DNA from: a virus
Strand: one strand, 5' to 3'
IMG/VR virus record: IMGVR_UViG_3300028748_000002
DNA length: 46,353 nt
In this document: positions 16,048 to 23,441 of the stretch, in pieces
How positions within the stretch are numbered: the stretch's first letter is position 1
Layout: each line of letters opens with the position of its first letter
Notes under the pieces: model-generated
What the model was told of the DNA's origin: nothing
Databases searched by the model: none
What the model saw: only the letters and a program-made list of their open reading frames with translations
Program-made: the position numbers and the translations under genes

Positions 16048-16383
16048 TCAATACTCGCTCGCGTGCATGATGGTCATGACCCGGACCGTATTGTCCAAGT
16101 CCGTGGGGTCGTCCGCGCCGTGCTCCATCCCCGGGGCGTAGTAATCAATCTTGAAAAAGAACGTCTCGCCTTTGACCTCCACCGCGCCAAAGTCATGCTC
16201 GTTGCGCTCACCAAAGTCTTTGAAATTGCGGACCGCCGTGATGAGGAGCGCTTTGGTGAAGGGCGGGAGCTCGTCCACGGCCTCCGTGACGTGGATGATG
16301 GGCTTGCACTTTTCCAAAAGCGGGTGGCGACCCAGCGTGGTGCGGAAAAGGTCATTGGCCTTGTCTATGGCGAGGTGTGCCAT
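16048..16383 (-). CDS. DUF3768-like protein (111 aa)
   Basis: NEHDFGAVEVKGETFFFKIDYY...DPTDLDNTVRVMTIMHASEY matches my memory of the DUF3768 family common on plasmids and phages. Confidence 0.6.
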   Translation of the reverse strand: MAHLAIDKANDLFRTTLGRHPLLEKCKPIIHVTEAVDELPPFTKALLITAVRNFKDFGERNEHDFGAVEVKGETFFFKIDYYAPGMEHGADDPTDLDNTVRVMTIMHASEY

Positions 16384-16389
16384 GGTGCT

Positions 16390-16800
16390 TTACTCCGTGG
16401 TGGTGATGGTGATGGAGGTTCCGGTGGGGCGCTGGATTATCGTTTGGGGCACCCCGTCCCGGTTGTCGTGCGCCTTGACGCGCGCCGTGCAAGCCACGGT
16501 CTGGCCGCGCTCCCAAGCCTTTGAGCCCTTATAGACGATGACGTTGCGGTCCGCGTCCCGGCAACACCACACCACGCGTTGACGAGGCCCGGGGCGGCCC
16601 ACTGCACCCACGCGAATGAGTTTGCCCTCCACAGTCGTTTGGGTGGCCTTCACGTGCGCCGCGAGCCGCTCCACGAGGTCGTGGGCGGCCGCACGGTGCT
16701 CCGCGCCCGGGTCACGCTTGTTGAGTGGCTTGGTCACAAGGTTCTTACGAAAGTATTTGTTCGAATGTAATTGTGTGCTTTGACATTTCATTTGCTCCAT
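16390..16800 (-). CDS. Hypothetical protein; start uncertain (ATG 16800/16791, or GTG 16737 by reinitiation)
   Basis: Long ORF, but the only Shine-Dalgarno (GGAGCA) serves an out-of-frame ATG at 16786. See the uORF feature. Confidence 0.5.
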   Translation of the reverse strand: MEQMKCQSTQLHSNKYFRKNLVTKPLNKRDPGAEHRAAAHDLVERLAAHVKATQTTVEGKLIRVGAVGRPGPRQRVVWCCRDADRNVIVYKGSKAWERGQTVACTARVKAHDNRDGVPQTIIQRPTGTSITITTTE

Positions 16801-16810
16801 TGGAAGCTGG
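16733..16810 (-). repeat. Duplicated gene-start boundary, copy A
   Basis: Minus strand CCAGCT...GGAGCAAATGAAATGTCAAAGCACACAATTACATTCGA...CCTTGTGAC aligns with copy B at 17371-17460. Confidence 0.8.
16745..16786 (-). CDS. 13-codon upstream [16 protein letters not shown] (truncated copy of the next gene's start)
   Basis: GGAGCA 6 nt upstream of the ATG at 16786. TAA at 16745-16747, 7 nt before the in-frame GTG (16737) of the long ORF. Confidence 0.3.
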   Translation of the reverse strand: MSKHTITFEQILS

Positions 16811-16815
16811 TTAAA

Positions 16816-17424
16816 TTATTTGGCTTCGAAAATTTCGATCAATAAATCTTTTTGGAATTTTTCGGTTTCCGCATAATCCGCCACACGAGCCGCACAAGCC
16901 GCCGCACAAGCCGCCGCACAAGCCGCCGCACGAGCCGCATACTCCGCCGCATAAGCCGCCGCACGAGCCGCATACTCCGCCGCACGAGCCGCATACTCCG
17001 CCGCACAAGCCGTATAATCCGCCGCACGAGCCGCATCAGCCGCCGCATCAGCCGCCGCATAAACCGTCGCACGAGCCGCACAAACCGCCGCATAATCCGC
17101 CTCATAATCCGCCGCACGAAGCGCATCAATCGCATAATCCGAGGGGTTTTTGACATAATTTTTTGCTGCGTCGATTGCTTTTTGCACTCGCGGATTGCTA
17201 TTCGAATGCACAACTTTTTCGGCGCACCGAATAGCAAAAATCACACAATCCATTGTCAATTCGAGTTTTCCCGCAACCCAAAGAATATTTGACACTGTTG
17301 CCCCCGCATCGAGTGCTTGGGATACCGAAAGTGTTGCGCTCGATGCAAAAAGCAATTTGTGCTTGTCCAAGTCACAAGGTGACCATGACGCCAGTTGGTC
17401 GAATGTAATTGTGTGTTTTGACAT
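16816..17424 (-). CDS. Ala-rich tandem-repeat protein with helical N-terminal domain (202 aa)
   Basis: ATG at 17424 ([18 protein letters not shown]) with GGAGCA upstream. N-domain ...ILWVAGKL...[13 protein letters not shown]...AIDAAKNYV, then about 90 aa of AAxY/AARA 4-residue repeats, ending [15 protein letters not shown]. It resembles a widespread uncharacterised Ala-repeat family (memory). Confidence 0.65.
   Translation of the reverse strand: MSKHTITFDQLASWSPCDLDKHKLLFASSATLSVSQALDAGATVSNILWVAGKLELTMDCVIFAIRCAEKVVHSNSNPRVQKAIDAAKNYVKNPSDYAIDALRAADYEADYAAVCAARATVYAAADAAADAARAADYTACAAEYAARAAEYAARAAAYAAEYAARAAACAAACAAACAARVADYAETEKFQKDLLIEIFEAK
16869..17140 (-). repeat. About 22 tandem imperfect copies of a 12-nt unit (gccgcaNNNgcc-like) inside the Ala-rich gene
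   Basis: Direct reading: cgcacaagccgc x3 and cgcacgagccgcatactccgc x3, among others. All six frames are open across the array. Confidence 0.9.
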
Positions 17425-17460
17425 TTTGAGTGCTCCGTGGTGGGAGGGGTCAATAGCTGG
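17371..17460 (-). repeat. Duplicated gene-start boundary, copy B
   Basis: Minus strand CCAGCT...GGAGCACTCAAAATGTCAAAACACACAATTACATTCGA...CCTTGTGAC. Confidence 0.8.
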
Positions 17461-17809
17461 AGACATCGTCGGCCAAGAGGACCTCGCGGAGCGTCCACTT
17501 GAAGCCCGGGCCCTCCACATAGCTCCAGCGAAGGTCGGAAGCTTTATAGCGCTCGCTGGCCACGCGGGCCTTAATCCGGGCCCAATTGTGTTGCACAAAG
17601 TCCAGAGCCTCGCCCAGCGTGTCGAAGCGGTTGGGGACGGAGCAATGGCTATCCCGCCAAATGACGAGGATGGGCTTAGCCGCATAGCGGAGCTGGGCCT
17701 CTGCAATCTCAAATGAAACGCGTTGAGCCTTGGCGTGGGCGGCGATGGCGTCGGGGGCGATGGTCTTGGGCATGGTGGAAGGCCGTTCGTTCGTGGTGAG
17801 CCTCCTCAT
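17450..17809 (-). CDS. Hypothetical protein (119 aa; alternative ATG at 17773 gives 107 aa)
   Basis: ORF tiled between the primase gene and the Ala-repeat gene. Neither ATG has a clear RBS. Confidence 0.5.
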   Translation of the reverse strand: MRRLTTNERPSTMPKTIAPDAIAAHAKAQRVSFEIAEAQLRYAAKPILVIWRDSHCSVPNRFDTLGEALDFVQHNWARIKARVASERYKASDLRWSYVEGPGFKWTLREVLLADDVSSY

Positions 17810-17899
17810 TAAGTCCAGTTTCTGGACTGGTCAAGCCCCCCTTGCGAAAAAATCGCGGCCGGGGTAATACTTCGGGCGTCCTTTCGTGGTGGAAGGCTT

Positions 17900-17936
17900 G
17901 AGGCCCAGCATATCGCCCCCCGGCGCGCTGGGCCTC
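17900..17936 (-). terminator. GC-rich stem-loop just downstream of the primase/helicase gene
   Basis: gaggcccagc (17900-17909) pairs with gctgggcctc (17927-17936). The 17-nt loop has an inner cgcc/ggcg pairing. No U-tract. Confidence 0.3.
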
Positions 17937-17943
17937 ATTCGTT

Positions 17944-20415
17944 CTAGCGCACCATCGCGGCCGCCGCCGCATTCCCGTTGACCGCGTAGGATTGCGCTCG
18001 TTCGTAGCCGGTCGTGACCGCCTCCGGGTCTTGGAGCGCAAGCGCGGTGTGATCCTTGCGGAGATAAACCACCATGCGCCCCTTGCCGCCCACCGGCCGC
18101 GTGGTGCGCCCATCCGGGAGCGCCGGGTGCCGCGTGTAGCCCAGCCGGTCCATGAGCTGGTGGCGCTTGGTGTGTGGCAAACGGAGCCGATGAGCGGTGA
18201 GGAGCACGTCCAGCTCCGCCGCGCCCACCCATCCGCCATTGAAACCTTGCTCTCCGTTGGCAACCTTCTCAAGCAAGTCTTGCTCCAGTGAGCCCCGGCT
18301 CTCCACCAACGCCATGGGCATGGCGCTCGTGGACGGCGCGCGCTGGCATATCCCGGCGGGGTCATAGCGCGCGTCAATTTGTGCCTCGTGCCGGAGCCAA
18401 TGGTTGACCACGGCAAAGCCATAGTCCGCACCCAATGCGGCATAGGCTCCCCTGCCATAGAGCCAATCATAGAGGTTCGTGAAATAGGCCGCGCCCATCC
18501 CATCCCGCGCAAGGTCAATTACGCCTTGCTGGGCTGTGTAAAAGATGGCGTAGCGGCGGTCCTCCTCTGTGACCGGCACCGCGTCCCGGTGGTTCGTAAA
18601 CATCATGCCGTTGAGGAAATTGTCCCCGGTCATTTGGTCCTTGCCCTTGGCCTCAATTGCGGCCGTGGTGTTGGTCACGATGTCCTTAAAATCCTCCAGA
18701 AAGTGCCGCTTGTCGGAGACTTGTATCTCCTCAATGCCCAAATAGAGCTTTCCCGTGACCCATGCGTTAAACTGCATTCCGCTCTTTGCCAGCGCGGAGG
18801 CCCGGGCTTGGTGCGAATACTGGTAGCCTATGCAAAACATCATGATGAGATTGAGGATGGTCTTGCCGTTGCCTTGGCACCCCTGAATGACCGGCCACCA
18901 TTGCGCCTTGAAACCGGGCGAGCGGATAACCCGGGCCATGAAGGCCACGATAATCAAAAAGTCATCGCCATGGGGAAAGAGCTTTTTGAGGTGCTCAATG
19001 AACGGCCCGGGGTCCCCGGCTATCTGGGTAGTTTCCACAGGTTGATAGGTATTCAATAGGTTGTCACTGGTAATAGTGCCCCCCGGCAAATGCGGCCGGA
19101 AACAAGTATTGATGGCCGTGACCGGCGCGATGCCGTGCGACATCGTAAAAGCCTCCCATGCGCTTTTGGTGTTCTTTTCGTCCGTGAGTGCGAAAGACCG
19201 GCCCCCGAAAAGTATTTCAAAGCGCGGCTTGTCCATGAGCAAAGGAATTTTTGGGTGCCAGACTTGATTGGGTGCCACGATATAAACGCACCCGCTAAAG
19301 TATTTCCTTTGCTCGTCATAGGAGAGGAGGGCCGCGCCGGTGCGGCCGCTCATTGTGGAGACGGCCACGGTGGTGGAGAGGTGCGCCAGCTCCGGATTAG
19401 GGGGTGGGGTGGCACCCGGGGCTTGAGCTGGGCTCGTTGCCGGTGCGGAGCCCACGAGGAGGGGAGCCCCCACCTCACGCGGCCCGGCACGATTGCGCAC
19501 CACTTGCGCCGCCTTGATGATAGTCGTTTCCAGATAATTCGGCCGGTCGTCCCACTTGTCGCGGACGAGCCCGCTCCGGCGCATGAATGCCAGCACCCGC
19601 TCCAGATTGCCCCCGCACCAGTAGACAAGGTGAGACGCAAGCGCGCTGTCCGCGTGGCTCTTGTCCCACGCATCATATCCATTCTGGCTTGGGAAGGCCT
19701 TGGAGAGCACCTCCGCCTCCGCGTGCCACAGGGACTTAAACGGCACGTGGTCGGCTTTGAAGGTGGCCGCCGCCGTTTTGAGCCCGGACCGGAGCATGAT
19801 GTCCAAGAGCTTGTTGTCATCCGCCTCCGCACCGTCCCCCTCGTCGCACCAGTCAACCACCTCGCTAGAGCTCGCAGTCTTGGGGAAATATGCCGCGACA
19901 ACACCGGCCAGCGTGGGGGAGAGGTCCGCCCCGATGGTGCCAAAGCTCTGGTTGTCGGTGAAGGCCATAAAGCGGCCGGTGTGATAGAGCTCCAACCCAA
20001 GGAGCACGTTTTTGCACCCATGCGGTGGGATGCTGGAGGCGTGGCCAATGATATGTAGGCCCTTGCCGGATTGGCTCACCTCAATGGCCGCTTGGCCCTT
20101 CCATATCTCCATGAGGTTTTGCGCTATCTGGGACCACCGGCCGGTGGCCTCGTCCACGCAATTGTCAATGTCCAAGAAAAAGAGGTTGTCTCCCTCGTGG
20201 AAGACGTAGCCCAGCCCATGGCCACGAGCCACGGCCGCCGCGCGGGCCACCTCGTAGGTGCTCCACGCGGCTTGGTCTGTTGCGCCCACCTTTTCCCCGG
20301 TGATGGGCGAGCGCGGAACCTTGCGCGGCTTCTCCGGCCGCTTGGGGTCGTGTTCTAGTGTCCAGTTAATCCAGCGTTGAAACTGCCCCAATGGGGCCAT
20401 GGTGGTGGAAAGCAT
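17944..20415 (-). CDS. Bifunctional primase-polymerase (AEP) / SF3 helicase (823 aa)
   Basis: AEP motifs FLDIDN and SQSGKGLHIIG. Walker A GCQGNGKT and Walker B LYLGIEEI. ATG at 20415, 9 nt after the upstream stop. Confidence 0.85.
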   Translation of the reverse strand: MLSTTMAPLGQFQRWINWTLEHDPKRPEKPRKVPRSPITGEKVGATDQAAWSTYEVARAAAVARGHGLGYVFHEGDNLFFLDIDNCVDEATGRWSQIAQNLMEIWKGQAAIEVSQSGKGLHIIGHASSIPPHGCKNVLLGLELYHTGRFMAFTDNQSFGTIGADLSPTLAGVVAAYFPKTASSSEVVDWCDEGDGAEADDNKLLDIMLRSGLKTAAATFKADHVPFKSLWHAEAEVLSKAFPSQNGYDAWDKSHADSALASHLVYWCGGNLERVLAFMRRSGLVRDKWDDRPNYLETTIIKAAQVVRNRAGPREVGAPLLVGSAPATSPAQAPGATPPPNPELAHLSTTVAVSTMSGRTGAALLSYDEQRKYFSGCVYIVAPNQVWHPKIPLLMDKPRFEILFGGRSFALTDEKNTKSAWEAFTMSHGIAPVTAINTCFRPHLPGGTITSDNLLNTYQPVETTQIAGDPGPFIEHLKKLFPHGDDFLIIVAFMARVIRSPGFKAQWWPVIQGCQGNGKTILNLIMMFCIGYQYSHQARASALAKSGMQFNAWVTGKLYLGIEEIQVSDKRHFLEDFKDIVTNTTAAIEAKGKDQMTGDNFLNGMMFTNHRDAVPVTEEDRRYAIFYTAQQGVIDLARDGMGAAYFTNLYDWLYGRGAYAALGADYGFAVVNHWLRHEAQIDARYDPAGICQRAPSTSAMPMALVESRGSLEQDLLEKVANGEQGFNGGWVGAAELDVLLTAHRLRLPHTKRHQLMDRLGYTRHPALPDGRTTRPVGGKGRMVVYLRKDHTALALQDPEAVTTGYERAQSYAVNGNAAAAAMVR

Positions 20416-20423
20416 TTGACCCG

Positions 20424-20714
20424 TTACCCGTGGAGAATGTGACGTGCGGCCCGCTCTTGCACGCGCTTGGGTGCGGCCACCGCGTAGGGGTGTCCGTCCA
20501 GCATGGCTTGGGCGAGAATTGGGAGGAGCTCTCTCCTCACGGCCTCTAGGACTATCGCGTCCCGGAGGTTTTCGATAGTCCCCCAATAGCGATTGACGAG
20601 CGCAGTGGACACCCGGGCCTCTGTGGCCACCCCGTCCCGGGTCACGTTGCGGAAACCTTCCCGAAGCGCGAGCGTGACCCCCGCCTCCATGATGTCCTTT
20701 TTACGGTCAAGCAC
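20424..20714 (-). CDS. Small TetR-like HTH protein (96 aa)
   Basis: GTG at 20714 with AAGGAG 8 nt upstream. DIMEAGVTLALREGFRNVTRDGVATEARVSTALVNRYWGTIENL matches a TetR N-terminal HTH. There is no full ligand-binding domain. Confidence 0.6.
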   Translation of the reverse strand: MLDRKKDIMEAGVTLALREGFRNVTRDGVATEARVSTALVNRYWGTIENLRDAIVLEAVRRELLPILAQAMLDGHPYAVAAPKRVQERAARHILHG

Positions 20715-21114
20715 CGCGCAATCTCCTTTCAAAATTGGGGTTTATGAAGTTGTCCGGGGATGACACAAAGCACGCGTCACCTCCAGCGTCATTGATGAGG
20801 CTGGCCCATCTGGCTTGAGCGAGCTCGTGCTCATCGCCCCGGAATTGCCAATCCTCCGCCTTGCACTCGCGGGACACAACCACCGCAACGCGCTGGCCCA
20901 CCATATCCGGGGTGATGACGATTGAGCGCCACCCCATGAGGTCCCCACTTTTCCACTTTTTGTTGAGCGCCGGGGTGTCGTTGGCGAGCCCAAAACGGAT
21001 AGGCTGGCCGTTGGGGTTTTTGAGGACGCCCACGTTGTTGCGAAAGAGCGTGAAGCCGTGAGGCGCAGAGCGCACCAAGACCCCGCCTTGCACCGCTTGT
21101 TCAGATAATGGCAT
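20707..21114 (-). CDS. VRR-NUC domain nuclease (135 aa)
   Basis: ATG at 21114 (MPLSEQAV). GDLMGW...VVVSRECK fits the D...ExK VRR-NUC core. Confidence 0.7.
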   Translation of the reverse strand: MPLSEQAVQGGVLVRSAPHGFTLFRNNVGVLKNPNGQPIRFGLANDTPALNKKWKSGDLMGWRSIVITPDMVGQRVAVVVSRECKAEDWQFRGDEHELAQARWASLINDAGGDACFVSSPDNFINPNFERRLRGA

Positions 21115-22765
21115 GGCGATGCCTCCCAATGCGCTCCATGAGCGCGTTTGCGTCCTTGGCGGACAGAGCTTGAGCCTCCAGTGTGGAGAGCCCAAAGAGG
21201 TGGAAAAAGGCCCGTTGGAGCCGCGCGTTGTCGTACCCGGCCGCCCGATAAGGCCCGGCCCAAATAGACATGGCCGCGCGGAGCTGGTGCTGGGCCTCTT
21301 GGTTGTTGAGGTGGTTGCGCATTTGCGCGTTGCTCACCGCTTGGCTCCATCCTGCCGCGTAGTGCGAGCCGCGCACCTCCCCGGCCGTGCGGTCCATGAC
21401 GGCCACGTTGGTCCGGAGCCGCTCTAGGAGCTCCTCGCTCATTTCCTCCAGCACACCCTCCACGGCCGCCGGTGCGTCCCGGGACATGACCGGGGGCACG
21501 TGGCCACACACCGGGCACGTGCCCAAGCTCGCCTCGTAGGGAGTGAGGCACTCCACGCACCGGCGGTAGGGTATCGTGTCGTCTTTGCTCTTGGCCCGCC
21601 GGTCTTGGTTCGCCAGCGTAAAAAACCGGGGCTTATCCGGCGGCCCCTCGTGGCGCATGATATTGCCCACGTGGTCTATGATGAGCGCCTTGCCTTTTCC
21701 CTCTGCCACCCGGAGCGCGCGGCCGAATTGCTGGGCAAAGAGGCTATAGCTCATCGTGGGGCGGCCCATCGAAAGGCACTCAATGAGCGGGAGGTCAAAC
21801 CCCTCGCTTATGATGTCCACGGCTACGAGCTGGTCCAGCTCACGATTGGCAAATCGGCGGAGCATGTGGCGGCGGGTGGTGTCGTCCGTCTTGCCGGTGA
21901 GACACTCCGCGCGGACGCCCACGGCGCGGTAGGCCCGGGCCGTTTCCATGGCCGTCTCAACGTCCGTGCAAAACGTGACACCCAAGAGGCCTTGGCCAAA
22001 GGTGAGATAGCCTTTTACGAGGTCCCCCACGATATGCGAGCGCTTGGCCGCCTCCTTGAGCTGTTGGCTAGACCAATCCCCGGAGGCCCCCACGTCTCCC
22101 AATATCTGGAGGTCCCCGGTGGGGCACACCATGCGATAATCCGATAGGAAATTGTTGTTGATAAGCCACCTCATGGCCGGGCCCTCCACCATGAGGTCCG
22201 CCACACCGGAGCCCCCAAGAGCGGGACGGCCTAGGCCTTGCTTGTCCGCGCGGATGGGGGTGGCCGTGGGCAAGAGGCCGATAAGGGATTGATTTGTAAA
22301 GAGCTCTAGGGCTCGGTGCCATTTGTTGCCCAAGACCACGTGGTGGCCCTCGTCCGTCACCCACAAAGTGACAAGGTGCGCCCACTCCGACACGTCCGCG
22401 CGGATAAGGCTGTCCACGCTGGCCACGATAACCCGGGCCGTTTGGTCCACGAATGATTGGCCCAGCTCTGCCACGTGGTTGCGGGAAATTTCCCTTCGGA
22501 GGCTGTCCGTGCCCACGATACGGTGGCGGATACCATACCTTGCGAGCGTGGTAGAAAGCTGCGAAATGAGCTCCTGCCTGTGCGCTATGACGCACGAAAA
22601 ACCCTCATGCTCCCGCACGATTGCCGATAGTGTGACCGTTTTGCCTCCGCCCGTAGCAAGTTGCATGACGATATTGCGAGCGCCTTGGTTCCACCCTTGG
22701 TAAACGGACGCTTTGAGTTCGCTCTGAAATTTGTGAAGAACGGGCACGCCCATCACAAAGGCCAC
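21101..22765 (-). CDS. SF2 DEAD/DEAH-box helicase (554 aa; alternative ATG at 22753)
   Basis: Walker A LATGGGKT and DEGH box VTDEGHH. C-terminal CxxC...CxxC (CVECLTPYEASLGTCPVCGH). Confidence 0.85.
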   Translation of the reverse strand: MAFVMGVPVLHKFQSELKASVYQGWNQGARNIVMQLATGGGKTVTLSAIVREHEGFSCVIAHRQELISQLSTTLARYGIRHRIVGTDSLRREISRNHVAELGQSFVDQTARVIVASVDSLIRADVSEWAHLVTLWVTDEGHHVVLGNKWHRALELFTNQSLIGLLPTATPIRADKQGLGRPALGGSGVADLMVEGPAMRWLINNNFLSDYRMVCPTGDLQILGDVGASGDWSSQQLKEAAKRSHIVGDLVKGYLTFGQGLLGVTFCTDVETAMETARAYRAVGVRAECLTGKTDDTTRRHMLRRFANRELDQLVAVDIISEGFDLPLIECLSMGRPTMSYSLFAQQFGRALRVAEGKGKALIIDHVGNIMRHEGPPDKPRFFTLANQDRRAKSKDDTIPYRRCVECLTPYEASLGTCPVCGHVPPVMSRDAPAAVEGVLEEMSEELLERLRTNVAVMDRTAGEVRGSHYAAGWSQAVSNAQMRNHLNNQEAQHQLRAAMSIWAGPYRAAGYDNARLQRAFFHLFGLSTLEAQALSAKDANALMERIGRHRHAII

Positions 22766-23352
22766 TTGTTGCGCTTGCGGCGGTTGTCACGAGCGGTCAA
22801 AATCTGAAGGTTTCCCTCCACGTGTAAACCACAAATTAGATTGTGTATGAGTGGGACAACATGGTCCACCTCGTGCGGAATACCTGTTTCCCTTGTGAGC
22901 CGCGCGGCCTCTGCGTAAATCGCCCCTATTGCCTCGTGATTTGCCCAAGCCACCGTAGCCCTACGTTTTCGAGCATTTCTCCGCGCCACGTTTGAGCAAT
23001 GTTTGGCGCGGCCGTGTTCCGTTGAAAGATACCGCGCTCCATATCGGGACACCTTAGCGGGGTTGCGCTTTACCCAAGATGCGATGGCGGCCTCTGCCTT
23101 TCCGGGGTTTTGCTGCCGGTATCGTGCAATGCTGGCCAGTTTTTTGAGAGGGTCGCGCGCGTATCGCGCGCGCTCCGCCGCGTTGATTTTTTCCGGGTTA
23201 TTTTTTCTGTAACGGTCGTTCACAGCTTTTACCTTTTCAGGACTTTCCAAGCGAGCCCGACGCATTCGCTCCGCCGTATCGGCTCGTCTTTTCTCAAGGT
23301 TTTTAGCGCGATAGCGGGCGCAAGCATCTTTATTTTGCTCTTGGGGGGACAT
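22753..23352 (-). CDS. HNH endonuclease (199 aa)
   Basis: C-terminal EVDHVVPLIHNLICGLHVEGNLQILTARDNRRKRN. N-terminal RYRxxNPEK-type repeats. AT-richer than its neighbours. Confidence 0.8.
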   Translation of the reverse strand: MSPQEQNKDACARYRAKNLEKRRADTAERMRRARLESPEKVKAVNDRYRKNNPEKINAAERARYARDPLKKLASIARYRQQNPGKAEAAIASWVKRNPAKVSRYGARYLSTEHGRAKHCSNVARRNARKRRATVAWANHEAIGAIYAEAARLTRETGIPHEVDHVVPLIHNLICGLHVEGNLQILTARDNRRKRNKWPL

Positions 23353-23441
23353 CGTGGTGGATATTCCTTAATGTGATTGACGAACCCGTTACATGAAGGG
23401 TAGGGGTGTTGAAGTCAACCACGACAGAAAGGACCCAACCC
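23353..23441. promoter_or_regulatory. Divergent intergenic region between the HNH/helicase block and the replication block
   Basis: An 89-nt AT-richer gap. TTGACG at about 23376 lacks a convincing -10 element. Confidence 0.35.

Noticed and set aside
16869-17140. Possible CRISPR array or DGR variable region.
   Set aside because: The units are 12 nt, contiguous and without spacers, and they lie inside a coding frame. No cas genes, reverse transcriptase or template/variable repeat pair was seen anywhere in the genome.
16811-17292. Three ORFs across the tandem repeat: the Cys/Gly-rich [11 protein letters not shown] (16811-17008), 16839-17237 and 16852-17292 (RRTSR repeats).
   Set aside because: They are alternative readings of the 12-nt repeat array, which lacks stop codons in all six frames. 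Only the Ala-rich frame connects to an RBS-supported start and non-repetitive flanking domains.
17811-17840. Confident sigma70 promoter (TTGACC - 17 nt - TAATGA) for the accessory island.
   Set aside because: The -35 match is good but the -10 hexamer matches the consensus poorly. It is kept only as a low-confidence note within the intergenic finding.
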